The position numbers and the translations under genes are program-made. Shown here in pieces: positions 52,423 through 62,272 of a stretch of 64,000 bases of DNA. The stretch covers positions 864,001-928,000 of the forward strand of contig CBDBHR010000030.1 of NCBI GenBank assembly GCA_965205865.1, in the 5' to 3' direction. The notes under the pieces were generated by a model. The model was not told where the DNA came from, made no database searches, and saw nothing but the letters and a program-made list of their open reading frames with translations. The stretch comes from a bacterium. GTDB taxonomy: Bacteria; SAR324; NAC60-12. The stretch's first letter is position 1; each line of letters starts with the position of its first letter.

Positions 52423-53154
52423 ATGAAAATCTACTATCTTGAAGTCAGTGGCGACTTTGCTTGTTTCACGCGACCGGAGATGAAGGTCGAGCGTGTCAGT
52501 TATGACGTGATAACGCCTTCGGCTGCGCGTGCCATATTTGAAGCAATTCTTTGGGAACCGGCTATACGCTGGCAGGTGAGAAAGATTGAAGTACTTAAAC
52601 CTATCAAGTGGATCAATCTGCGTCGTAACGAAGTCGGCAGCATTGCTTCGACACACAATATCGAAAGCACGATGAAATCCGGAACCGGTCAGTTAGGGAT
52701 ATATATTGAAGATGAACGCCAACAGCGTGCAGGCTTGTTCCTTCGTGACGTCCAATACCTCATTCATGCGTCGTTCAAGATGCGTGATCCCAGTTCGCAC
52801 AAGCCGAACTTTCCACAGCTGAGTATACGAACGGCGAATGGAGGCGAGTTTGATATGTACAACGAACCGAACCAAGCGGTGAAATTTATGACGATGTTCG
52901 AACGTCGCGCTGCCAAGGGGCAGTGTATTAATCAACCCTATCTAGGCTGTCGTGAATTCGCAGCAGAATTCCGGTTAGTGGAGCCAGGGGACTCACGATC
53001 ACAACCGATTGCTGAGACGCGTGAGTTGGGCTACATGCTGTACGATCTGGACTATCGTAATCTCGCCGATCCCAAGCCACTTTTTTTTCAAGCAAACTTG
53101 GTGAACGGCGTGGTGGACGTTCCAGACTGGGACAGCGAGGAGGTGCGAGGATGA
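52423..53154 (+). CDS. cas5: Type I-C Cas5
   Basis: ACFTRPEMKVERVSYDVITPSAAR, PYLGCREF. Confidence 0.97.
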   Translation: MKIYYLEVSGDFACFTRPEMKVERVSYDVITPSAARAIFEAILWEPAIRWQVRKIEVLKPIKWINLRRNEVGSIASTHNIESTMKSGTGQLGIYIEDERQQRAGLFLRDVQYLIHASFKMRDPSSHKPNFPQLSIRTANGGEFDMYNEPNQAVKFMTMFERRAAKGQCINQPYLGCREFAAEFRLVEPGDSRSQPIAETRELGYMLYDLDYRNLADPKPLFFQANLVNGVVDVPDWDSEEVRG

Positions 53155-54953
53155 TTCTGCAAGCGCTCCACGGCTATTACGAAAGGAAAACCAAATCGGT
53201 AGACAACTCAATACCTCCGGAAGGATGGACTCGGCGAGAAATCGACTACGTTTTAGTTCTCAACAATTCGGGTGAATGCGTTAACATTGAAACGGTTTTT
53301 ACAAAGCAAAAAACAAAGATCATAGGCCGGAACGTAATGCTCCCGGCTATAGGTAAACAAGCCCTAAAACATACAAATAGCGGGAAAGATGCAAACCTTC
53401 TCTGGGACAACACGAGTTTTGTTTTTGGAAGGGGAAACAAAGGCAGCTTAAAAATTAAAAGCTTTATATCAACGATTGATGAATGGTTACAGGATTGTCA
53501 CGATGATGAGGGAATCAACTCTGTAAAAATATTCTGTGGAAGGCTAGCAAACAAGCCGGACTGCACTGACCGTCTTTTAGCTAAATTTGATTTGACTGAA
53601 GACTTTGAGAGACGTGATCCTATTGTTGTATTTCGCTTGGTTAGCGATGGTCCGATTTACATACCGGATCGTTCTGCGGTTAGAGCAGCATACGACAAAG
53701 CGCGATTGTTATCTGCTTCTACCAATAAACATGGAACTTGTTTAGTCACTGGTGGAGAGAAAGAGCCAATTACAAGAAACGAAATGGTCATAAAAGGAGT
53801 TTGGGGTGCCCAGACGTCGGGAGCAAACGTCGTTTCATTCAACGAGCGTGCTTTTGAGTCGTACGGAAAGCGAAAACGTCAAGGAGAAAATGCCCCAATC
53901 AGTCAGTCCGTATCTTTCGCTTACACCACGGCGCTCAACCACTTGCTTCACAGAGATTCGCCGCAGCGTCTCCAAATCGGAGATGCGAGTTCGGTGTTCT
54001 GGGCCGACAAACCTACAGAATTGGAAATGGGAATAGTGGACATATTTAGCGAGCCGCCTCAGGATGATCCGGACCGCAACATTAATGCGGTAAGAAGTCT
54101 CTACACTGCCATCGATTCAGGCTTGTTGGAGAAAGACCAAGGCAAAGCAAAATTCTTTGTTCTGGGTCTTGCTCCCAATGCAGCACGTATCGCCATCCGT
54201 TTTTGGTACCACGGCACGGTAGCAGAAATAGCTGGACGGATTAAACAGCACTTCGATGATATGGCTATTGAGCGCTCACCCCGTGATCCGCTCTATCTTT
54301 CGTTGTTTCGCTTGCTGGTATCAGTGGCAACGCAAGGCAAAGCGGACAATATTCCACCGAATCTTGGTGGTGAGTTGATGCGAAGCATTCTCGTAGGTCT
54401 GCCCTATCCATACACACTGCTCTCGGCTGCCGTGCGCCGGATTCGTGCCGAGCAATCGAAAAAACACCCTAAGGGCCGATTTGTTCAGAATGTTACATAT
54501 TCCCGTGCTGCGTTAATCAAAGCTTGCATCAATCGTGCAACCCGTTATTCAAACCCTGTTATGAAGGAGGAACTAAGCATGTCTCTAGACGAATCCAATA
54601 CAAACGTTGGCTACCGGCTGGGTCGACTGTTTGCGGTGTTGGAGAAGATCCAGGAAGAAGCCAATCCTGGAATCAATGCTACCATACGCGATCGTTACTA
54701 CGGTGCAGCGTCGAGTACGCCGGTGATTGTATTCTCGATTCTGCTGAAGCTTAAAAACCATCATCTTTCTAAATTGGAGAAACCCGGCCGTGTAGTGAAT
54801 ATGGAAAAGCGCATCGGTGAAATCATGGAGAATCTCAGCGATTTCCCAGCGCGATTGTCCTTGGAAGACCAGGGTCGCTTCGCTATCGGCTATTATCACC
54901 AACGGCAGAATTTTTTCAAGAAAACTAAATCAACCTTAATGGAAGGAGACTAA
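53151..54953 (+). CDS. cas8c: Type I-C Cas8c/Csd1 (probable internal Cas11 start MSLDESN)
   Basis: [48 protein letters not shown] before ATG TCT CTA. Confidence 0.97.
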   Translation: MILQALHGYYERKTKSVDNSIPPEGWTRREIDYVLVLNNSGECVNIETVFTKQKTKIIGRNVMLPAIGKQALKHTNSGKDANLLWDNTSFVFGRGNKGSLKIKSFISTIDEWLQDCHDDEGINSVKIFCGRLANKPDCTDRLLAKFDLTEDFERRDPIVVFRLVSDGPIYIPDRSAVRAAYDKARLLSASTNKHGTCLVTGGEKEPITRNEMVIKGVWGAQTSGANVVSFNERAFESYGKRKRQGENAPISQSVSFAYTTALNHLLHRDSPQRLQIGDASSVFWADKPTELEMGIVDIFSEPPQDDPDRNINAVRSLYTAIDSGLLEKDQGKAKFFVLGLAPNAARIAIRFWYHGTVAEIAGRIKQHFDDMAIERSPRDPLYLSLFRLLVSVATQGKADNIPPNLGGELMRSILVGLPYPYTLLSAAVRRIRAEQSKKHPKGRFVQNVTYSRAALIKACINRATRYSNPVMKEELSMSLDESNTNVGYRLGRLFAVLEKIQEEANPGINATIRDRYYGAASSTPVIVFSILLKLKNHHLSKLEKPGRVVNMEKRIGEIMENLSDFPARLSLEDQGRFAIGYYHQRQNFFKKTKSTLMEGD

Positions 54954-54955
54954 AC

Positions 54956-55840
54956 ATGGCAATCGAGAACCGCTACGACTTTGTTTTATTATTTGACGTG
55001 AAAGACGGCAACCCTAATGGTGATCCGGACGCGGGTAATTTGCCACGTGTTGATGCTGAGACCGGGCGTGGGCTTGTGACTGACGTGAGTTTGAAACGCA
55101 AGGTCCGTAACTACGTTGGTATTGTGAAAGAAGAAAAGCCGCCATTTGAAATTTACGTAAAGGAAAAAGCAATCCTCAATAAGCAGCACGAACGCGCCTA
55201 TGAAGCCATTGGCGCTGGTGAATCTCTCAAGGGAGAAGATAAGAAGCGTAAAGGTGGGGACAAAGTAGACGAGGCGCGTGCTTGGATGTGCAAAAATTTT
55301 TATGACGTGCGTACTTTCGGCGCAGTAATGTCTACTGGTGTGAACTGCGGTCAGGTGCGAGGTCCCGTACAACTCACTTTCGCACGTTCGGTGGATCCTA
55401 TCGTTGCCCAGGAACATTCAATTACTCGTATGGCGGTGGCGACGGTGGCGGAATCCGCTAAACAAGAAGGTGACAATCGAACTATGGGCCGCAAACACAC
55501 TGTGCCTTATGGCCTTTACGTAGCGCATGGTTTTGTCTCGGCGCATCTCGCAGATCAAACAAAATTTTCCGATGACGACCTCAATTTATTGTGGAATTCG
55601 CTCGCCGACATGTTTGAACATGATCGTTCAGCCGCACGCGGAGAGATGACAACTCGTGGACTGTATATATTCAAGCACAATTCGCGGCTGGGAAATGCAC
55701 ACGCGCATCGTCTTTTCACATGTATTCAACCCAAGCGGAAAGAAAGTGTCATCGTACCACGAGATTTTGAAGATTATAATATCTCGATTAATAAAAAGAA
55801 CCTGCCCAGTGATGTGAATTTGATTCCTCAAGTAGGTTGA
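54956..55840 (+). CDS. cas7: Type I-C Cas7/Csd2
   Basis: [36 protein letters not shown]. Confidence 0.97.
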   Translation: MAIENRYDFVLLFDVKDGNPNGDPDAGNLPRVDAETGRGLVTDVSLKRKVRNYVGIVKEEKPPFEIYVKEKAILNKQHERAYEAIGAGESLKGEDKKRKGGDKVDEARAWMCKNFYDVRTFGAVMSTGVNCGQVRGPVQLTFARSVDPIVAQEHSITRMAVATVAESAKQEGDNRTMGRKHTVPYGLYVAHGFVSAHLADQTKFSDDDLNLLWNSLADMFEHDRSAARGEMTTRGLYIFKHNSRLGNAHAHRLFTCIQPKRKESVIVPRDFEDYNISINKKNLPSDVNLIPQVG

Positions 55841-55844
55841 AGGT

Positions 55845-56180
55845 ATGGGTATTCCAACCTTAACTGCATGGTCCGATGATGATCCCATCATGATCTCCGC
55901 CCTGGAGCATTTCAGCTATTGTCCGCGCCAGTGTGCATTGATTCACCAGGAACAGACGTTTGATGAAAATCTGTACACTCTGCGAGGGCGAGCAGTTCAC
56001 GAGCAGGTTGATGAAAAGGAAGTGATTGTTGTTTACCAGAAACGTAAACAGGAAGAAATCCAGCATCCCATCATCGAACGAAAAGTTCCTATTGGACTGA
56101 TTCCTCATGTCCAAGCCCGTTTACTGGCTCGGGTGTTGCGGGGGGATATGGAAGACTATCTGCCCTTTTTGTATCGCTAA
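55845..56180 (+). pseudogene. In-frame cas4'::'cas1 deletion remnant
   Basis: ISALEHFSYCPRQCALIH (Cas4 N-term) joined to YQKRKQEEIQHP...QARLLARVLRGD..Y.PF (Cas1 C-term). Confidence 0.9.
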
Positions 56181-56212
56181 AAGGTTAGACGGAGGTTGAA
56201 ACAAACAACATA

Positions 56213-56503
56213 ATGCAAGTCTTGATTACGTATGATGTAGCTACAGAACAGAAAGTCGGAAAACGGCGGCTGCGGAGAGTTGCTCAACTGTGCAAGAACT
56301 TCGGCCAGCGGGTGCAAAAGTCTGTCTTCGAGTGTTTGGTCGATCAAGCGCAGTACGAGCAACTGGTTCGATCTCTTGTCAAATGTATTGACGAGAAGGA
56401 GGACAATTTGAGGATTTATCGTTTAAGAGAGCCCAAAGAGCAGTATTGTCAGCACTTTGGAGTAGCTCCTTCGATTAACTTTGATGACCCGCTTTTAGTC
56501 TAA
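56213..56503 (+). CDS. cas2: Cas2
   Basis: VLITYDV...RRLRRVAQLCKNFGQRVQKSVFEC. Confidence 0.97.
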   Translation: MQVLITYDVATEQKVGKRRLRRVAQLCKNFGQRVQKSVFECLVDQAQYEQLVRSLVKCIDEKEDNLRIYRLREPKEQYCQHFGVAPSINFDDPLLV

Positions 56504-56537
56504 TTAAATGTATCTAAGCTTCGGATCTTGTGAAAAG

Positions 56538-56714
56538 AGCGAACCTGAAGCGAGGGCATAGAAACGGGCAGGATCGCGATGGCTGTAAGTCCCGGAATTT
56601 TATAGATTTTCTCGTTCCCTGCGTTGTTTCGTTATCAGACTTTCAGGACAGTTCAAGGAGGATCGCGGAAACGAGGGGAAAATCCTAAGCAAATCAACTG
56701 CTTGGGAGGTTAAA
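56538..56714 (+). promoter_or_regulatory. CRISPR leader
   Basis: Non-coding gap cas2-array with GCGAACC...GATCGCG motifs typical of I-C leaders. Confidence 0.7.
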
Positions 56715-57027
56715 GTAGCGCTCAACCTCCGGGTTGGGTGAGGATTGAAACTAGCATAATAATATTGAGTTTTTTCATCAAAAAAAGCGTAGCACTCAAC
56801 CTCCGGGTTGGGTGAGGATTGAAACTAGTGTAAGAGGATTGAAACTTGATGAAGTGAGATCAATGAGAGGAGTTCCGAAGTAGCACTCAACCTCCGGGTT
56901 GGGTGAGGATTGAAACATATTCAGATGGTGGATTTGGATGAAAAAATACAGTAGCACTCAACCTCCGGGTTGGGTGAGGATTGAAACTAGTGTAAGAGGA
57001 TTGAAACTTGATGAAGTGAGATCAATG
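56715..57027 (+). CRISPR. CRISPR array, 4 full 37-bp repeats plus 2 partial
   Basis: GTAGCACTCAACCTCCGGGTTGGGTGAGGATTGAAAC at 56715, 56789, 56880, 56951; spacers 37, 54, 34 nt and a truncated copy of spacer 2. Confidence 0.95.
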
Positions 57028-57032
57028 TGTAT

Positions 57033-57091
57033 TGGGGTCAGGCTTGCATACTTGTATTTCTTCTGAATACAAGTATGCAAGCCTGACCCCA
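57033..57091. repeat. Perfect 26-bp-arm palindrome (REP-like)
   Basis: TGGGGTCAGGCTTGCATACTTGTATT-N7-AATACAAGTATGCAAGCCTGACCCCA. Confidence 0.9.
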
Positions 57092-57094
57092 TCT

Positions 57095-57500
57095 CAACAC
57101 TCTACGGTCGAATCCGCCATCAACGCTCTGGATGCGCACAGACTCGACCGATGTCCGGATCATGGAATCAAGGGGTTCGAACGTTATGTCGCTCTGGCTG
57201 TGCTTGCAAAAAACATCCACCGTCTCGGCACCGTCCTGCGTGAACAACAAAAAGAACGGCAGCGTCGTAAACGAGGACCCTACAAATAAGCGGCCTGAAC
57301 CCAAGAGTGACTCCCCATTCTGAAACAAGAGGGGAGGCCGGGAGGGGGGGCGAGTGTCCAAAAATAGGGAGGTAACAAAAAATTAGGGATCCCAAAGAAA
57401 AACAGCTTCAATTCTCTAAAATATGGCTTGTTCAAAAACAGATGTTCTCGCGGGTTCTACACCTCCTATTAGTAAAATTGTATTTTTCTGTCAGGCACTA
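57095..57500 (+). mobile_element. ISNCY-like transposase 3' fragment and right end
   Basis: HSTVESAINAL...LDRCPDHG..GFERYVALAVLAKNIHRLG; terminal TTTTCTGTCAGGCACTA. Confidence 0.7.
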
Positions 57501-57508
57501 AATAAGGA

Positions 57509-57796
57509 ATGATGATGAACCCAAGAGTTAAAGACGTATCAGCAAATCCAGATTTCACGATCAATCTTACATTTGATAATGGCGAAAAGAAGGTTTTTGA
57601 TATACGACCTTATTTGGATAAAGGAATTTTTAAAGACCTTAAAGATCTTAAGAAATTCAATTCAGTAAAACCTTTTTTGGGAAGTATTCAATGGGATGGT
57701 GGACAAGATTTTTGTCCAGATACCCTGTATTTAGAGAGCTTTGCCCAACAAGACGGTCAAGCCGACGCCCACCACGCCCCTTCGGTCGAAATTTAG
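57509..57796 (+). CDS. DUF2442-family protein (gene cassette)
   Basis: LTFDNGEKKVFDIRPYL.KGIF..L...IQWDGGQDFCPDTLY. Confidence 0.85.
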   Translation: MMMNPRVKDVSANPDFTINLTFDNGEKKVFDIRPYLDKGIFKDLKDLKKFNSVKPFLGSIQWDGGQDFCPDTLYLESFAQQDGQADAHHAPSVEI

Positions 57797-57860
57797 AGTA
57801 AATTTTTAAAATTTACCTCAAGAGCAACCCAAATGGGCGCTGCTCACCTCAGCGTTCCAC
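57743..57860 (+). other. attC-like site
   Basis: GCCCAAC-N5-GGTCAAGC...GCTCACC-N5-GTT. Confidence 0.65.
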
Positions 57861-58139
57861 CTAACTCGCTACGCTCGCACGTGAACCTTATCGTTCGCTA
57901 GTACAAAATTGGCAGTTGCATTGCTTTTCTTCAGTAGAATACGTTTCTGATTAATCAAATGTTTTTCAAAATTGAAAAATAAATAAAGCGCCGATTTTGT
58001 TAGTTCTGGAAGCACTTTTTCATTGCAACCACTTTCCAGCGCCAGCCGGTGGTTGACCTCGTATTCGTCAAAGGTACCCTCGGCAATGCCCAGCAGCGAT
58101 GGCAACGTCCCCAACCTGTACAGCAGCTTGGGTGCGCAT

Positions 58140-58420
58140 TGACCAAACATTGGAGTTGGAAGAAATTATTCAGGCAGTTTGTCAATTGTATCGCATCACT
58201 GAAAAACAACTCATTGCCAAGGGGAAAGAAAGGAAACTCTCTGAAGCAAGGTCGGTTATTGCCTGGATAGTGCGAGGATCAGAAAATCCAACATTGGAAG
58301 TCTGGGAAGAGCGTTGTGGTCGAGATGGCGTCACCTTAAGCAATGCCATTCGAATTTTGCCAGAACGCGCCAAAACAGGCAAAGATTTGCTAAACAAGAT
58401 GAAAGAGATTGAGGAAAAAC
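58140..58420 (+). pseudogene. Probable RAYT/transposase C-terminal DnaA-like HTH fragment
   Basis: LEEIIQAVCQLYRI...L..KGK.RKLSEARSVIAW. Confidence 0.45.
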
Positions 58421-58544
58421 GATTAATCTCGTTCGGGTCAATTCCCCGCAACCGCTCGGCGTACCGTTGCTGCGTTGAAAAAAAGATAATCCGACAAAAT
58501 ACTCCGCTTGAGCGAAGCGAAAGTCGAACCTCAACGAGAGAGCT

Positions 58545-58695
58545 TGATCCGGTCCAAGATAATGTTTTATTCAAGACGGTCTATGTCGATCACAGAGGAT
58601 ATGGAATTATCTGGAATGATGATCTTGATCTAGCAGAATCAGAACTTTGGATTAATGGCGAAACAGCCGAACAAGTTGATGGAGCAGACTTGTGA
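58545..58695 (+). pseudogene. DUF2442 C-terminal fragment
   Basis: LFKTVYVDHRGYGIIWNDDLDLAESELWING. Confidence 0.7.
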
Positions 58696-58792
58696 CCCTG
58701 CGTTTTTTTCGAGGGATCGTGCCTGTTTTCTACATTATCGTTTTTCCAAAATTCAGTGATAGGCCACAAGAATGCTCATCATAACGTTGAGA
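58666..58792 (+). other. attC site
   Basis: GCCGAAC-N5-GATGGAGC...GCTCATC-N5-GTTGAGA. Confidence 0.7.
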
Positions 58793-58980
58793 CACGGACT
58801 AGCATGGGGCGAAGGTGAATAGACGGGAGAATGGATGAGAGAAGCACAAAAGATTGATAGCATCACACATGAAGCGTCCTGTAAGGATGACATAGGACTT
58901 GACATCTTCCGGGGGAGGCGATAGAGATGGTGGACTTTCTTTAGAAGCATCGGTTTAAAAGAATGTGAAAAGGGGACCTA

Positions 58981-60012
58981 ATGGCAAATATCAGCATGGA
59001 AAAAGAAGGATGGATCGAAGGCATGCCTCGGGATGAGCGGGGATACTGGCACCCTGAAAAAGGGACAGGCCCCCCCAGTCCTTTGTTTGCCTGGCCACCC
59101 AAGCCCCTCGCGGCTTTCAAATACCTGTTTGGCTTCCCGGGTTACCTGTATCCGTGGAATATGATCTATTTTGGCATCGCCATAGTCACGTGGCTCTACT
59201 TCCAGCCGGCCTTGTCTCGCTGTGTCACTTTCCAACTCGACTGGATCCTGGAGATGTTTGTCCGCAACCTCGTGCTGCTGGTCGTCATCTATAGTGCCTG
59301 GCACTACTGGCTCTGGACGCGCAAGTCCCAGGGGTTGCAGTACAAATACAACGCCGAGTGGATGGCAACGGGAAAGCGGAGATTTCTCTGGGGGGACCAA
59401 CTGCGCGACAACATCTTCTGGTGTTGTTTTAGCGCCGTTCCGATCTGGACGGCGTATGAAGCGCTGATGATGTGGGCCTACGCCAACGAGCTGCTGCCCT
59501 ACATCGATCCGCGAGAACAGCCGATCTACTTTATCGTGCTGCTGATCTGCATGCCCATGATTCGGATCTTCCACTTATATTGGGTCCATCGTCTCATGCA
59601 CTGGCCTCCGCTCTTCAAGCGGGTGCACTACCTCCATCACAAAAACATCAATATCGGGCCCTGGTCCGGTGTGGCCATGCATCCGATTGAGCACCTGATT
59701 GTTTTCAGCAGTGTACTGATTCACTGGATCTTGCCCTCGCATCCCATCCACATGCTGATGAACACCCAACACAATGCGCTCCCGCCGGCTCAGGGGCATT
59801 CCGGGTTCCAGCAGTTGGTTCTCAAGGGGAACCTCCAGGTTCCCATCAATAACGGTTTCCATCATCTGCATCACCGTCACTTTGAGTGCAACTACGGAGA
59901 ACCCTATATGCCTTTGGATTATTGGTTCGGCACCTATCACGATGGCTCTCCCGAGGCCCAGGAAGCGATCCTGAAGAAGCAAGCCCGGAAAAACATGAGG
60001 TACAGCGCCTAG
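58981..60012 (+). CDS. Sterol desaturase / fatty acid hydroxylase family protein
   Basis: His boxes HRLMH, HYLHH, HHLHH; D.WFGT. Confidence 0.92.
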   Translation: MANISMEKEGWIEGMPRDERGYWHPEKGTGPPSPLFAWPPKPLAAFKYLFGFPGYLYPWNMIYFGIAIVTWLYFQPALSRCVTFQLDWILEMFVRNLVLLVVIYSAWHYWLWTRKSQGLQYKYNAEWMATGKRRFLWGDQLRDNIFWCCFSAVPIWTAYEALMMWAYANELLPYIDPREQPIYFIVLLICMPMIRIFHLYWVHRLMHWPPLFKRVHYLHHKNINIGPWSGVAMHPIEHLIVFSSVLIHWILPSHPIHMLMNTQHNALPPAQGHSGFQQLVLKGNLQVPINNGFHHLHHRHFECNYGEPYMPLDYWFGTYHDGSPEAQEAILKKQARKNMRYSA

Positions 60013-60064
60013 AATGCAATAGCTGACTGAAATGGATGTTTGACTACGGGCTCCTTTGGTGCGC

Positions 60065-61003
60065 TTACCAGTTGAAAGGGGAGAGGAGCCGGGCCAGGAA
60101 GCCGCGTTTGCGTTTTCCTGCAGCACCGTAACTGCCCTGCCCGCCCCGCAGCCGCGGATCGAGCAGGTCCCTGAGGGCATCTCCGAACATGTTGAAGGAG
60201 TAGACGACAATCGTCAAGAAAAGCCCCGGCCAGAGCGCCAGCCAGGGGGCCTGCTCCATGTACTTGCGCCCTTCCCGGCTGAGCAGACCTCCCCAGCTGG
60301 GAACGTCCGGTGGCAGACCGAATCCGAGAAAGCTCAGCGACGCTTCAGACAGGATGACCGCCCCGATGTTGATCGAGAAGATGATGATGACAGGCGCCAT
60401 GATATTGGGCAGCACATGGCGGATCAGGATTTGGCTCGTGGGGGTGCCCACGGCCCGGGCTGCCAGAAAATAATCATTCTCTTTGATGCCGATCACGGCA
60501 CTCCGGACGACTCTTGAGCTACCGATGCCCCCTGTTACCCCCAGGACCACGATGATCTGAGGCAGACCCCGCCCCACGATAGACATGATGGTCAGCAGGA
60601 GCAGCAGTCCCGGGAAGGCCATCCAGGCATCAACAAAGCGCTGCGCAGCCAAGTCCAATTTACCACCAAGGAATCCTGAAATGCCGCCGATCAGCACAGC
60701 GACGACAACATTTAGAGCGGTCGCCGCCAGACCGACCACTATGGAAATACGAGCCCCGATGATCAGGCGGCTGAGTAAGTCTCGTCCCATCTGGTCGGTC
60801 CCCAGCAGATACCGGACGGATGAGCCCGTCATCCGGTCTCTCAGGTGCATTTCCTTAAAGGGATAAGGCGCCAGCGCATCGGCAAAGAGCGCCACCAGAA
60901 TCAAGAGCAAGACGATCATCCCGCAGGCCGTCCCCAGGGGCTGCTCCTTGAGCAGCCTGATCAAGAATGCAGCCAGCCGGCCCCGTCGCTTGGGTTCATT
61001 CAT
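60065..61003 (-). CDS. DppC/OppC-type ABC permease
   Basis: Canonical motifs. Confidence 0.95.
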   Translation of the reverse strand: MNEPKRRGRLAAFLIRLLKEQPLGTACGMIVLLLILVALFADALAPYPFKEMHLRDRMTGSSVRYLLGTDQMGRDLLSRLIIGARISIVVGLAATALNVVVAVLIGGISGFLGGKLDLAAQRFVDAWMAFPGLLLLLTIMSIVGRGLPQIIVVLGVTGGIGSSRVVRSAVIGIKENDYFLAARAVGTPTSQILIRHVLPNIMAPVIIIFSINIGAVILSEASLSFLGFGLPPDVPSWGGLLSREGRKYMEQAPWLALWPGLFLTIVVYSFNMFGDALRDLLDPRLRGGQGSYGAAGKRKRGFLARLLSPFNW

Positions 61004-62006
61004 ACCGCACCCTCGGGTCCAGGAAAGCATATAACAGGTCGATGATGAGATTGATCACCAAAACCGCAGTAGCAAAAATCAGGTTTATTGCGGAGACTAC
61101 CGGATAGTCTCTGCTTTCGAGGGCATCCACCATGAGACGCCCGAGCCCCGGCAGGTTAAAGATGTTCTCCATGATCACGGCGCCCCCGATCAGGAGGGGG
61201 AGCTGCAGGCCGATCAAGGTCACGACTGGGATGAGCGCATTCTTGACGGTGTGCCGCACGACAACCACCCGCTCCCTGAGACCCTTCGACCACGCCGTCC
61301 TGATGTAGTCCTGCCGGAGCACCTCCAGCATCATGGTGCGCGTCATCCGCATGGTAGCGGCAGACATGGCTGTCCCCAGAATCACGGCCGGAATGAGGAA
61401 CATCCCAAGATTCCCCAGCGGGTCTTCCTTGAAGGGAATCAGCTCCATCGATGGCGACCAGCCCCACCAGATTGCCGGGTAGAGCATGACCATAAGTGCC
61501 AGCCAGAAGTTGGGCGCTGCCAGGCCGATGACGGCGACGGTGCGTCCCACATAGTCGGTGGCGGTATTGCGGCGAATCGCCGAGTAGATGCCGACGGGCA
61601 GGGCTATCAAGAACCCGATTACGATCGCCAGGAAACCAAGCTCAATGGTTATTGGCAATCTACCTATTATCATCTCGTCTATCGTAGAAAAACCGCCAAT
61701 CAGTGGTTTGCCAAGGGTGCCCTGGAGGAGACCTTTAAAGTGGGACTCACCGGTAATCCAGTCAGGGGTAGGCAACACTCCTATCCAGCGTCCATACTGC
61801 ACGTAGACCGGCACGTCCAGTCCCAGCATACGCTCGAGCCTTTCGCGGTTTATACCCTCACCCACGGCATGCCATGCTGACATCTCAACCATCAATACGT
61901 CTATGACATCGCCCGGGATGAAGCGTACCGAGAGAAAGACGATGATGGTCAATAGTAAGAGGGTGGGGATGATCAGCAATAACCGCCTGATGAGATAGGC
62001 TCTCAT
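60996..62006 (-). CDS. DppB/OppB-type ABC permease
   Basis: Canonical motifs. Confidence 0.95.
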   Translation of the reverse strand: MRAYLIRRLLLIIPTLLLLTIIVFLSVRFIPGDVIDVLMVEMSAWHAVGEGINRERLERMLGLDVPVYVQYGRWIGVLPTPDWITGESHFKGLLQGTLGKPLIGGFSTIDEMIIGRLPITIELGFLAIVIGFLIALPVGIYSAIRRNTATDYVGRTVAVIGLAAPNFWLALMVMLYPAIWWGWSPSMELIPFKEDPLGNLGMFLIPAVILGTAMSAATMRMTRTMMLEVLRQDYIRTAWSKGLRERVVVVRHTVKNALIPVVTLIGLQLPLLIGGAVIMENIFNLPGLGRLMVDALESRDYPVVSAINLIFATAVLVINLIIDLLYAFLDPRVRYE

Positions 62007-62056
62007 CTCACACTCCTTATCAGTCGCAAGTTTAGCCCTATTCTCGTGTGTTCCCG

Positions 62057-62245
62057 CTTCCCGAATGCGGAACACGCGGACGGCCCCTTTCGCAAAGGGA
62101 GGCCACGGGGGATTTCAAAGGCTGTAAAATCCCCCCTTCCCGAATGCGGATCACGCGGACGGCCCCTTTCGCAAAGGGAGGCCACGGGGGATTTCAAAGG
62201 CTGTAAAATCCCCCCTTCCCGAATGCGGATCACGCGGACGACCCT
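62057..62245. repeat. 79-bp tandem repeat x2.4 with internal hairpins
   Basis: CCGAATGCGG at 62061, 62140, 62219. Confidence 0.9.
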
Positions 62246-62272
62246 TTTTCCAAGGGTGATGCCCGTCAAGCA

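Noticed and set aside
56752-56788. Self-targeting by spacer 1 at ~49070 or ~19070
   Set aside because: Only 8-10 nt AT-rich matches, expected by chance
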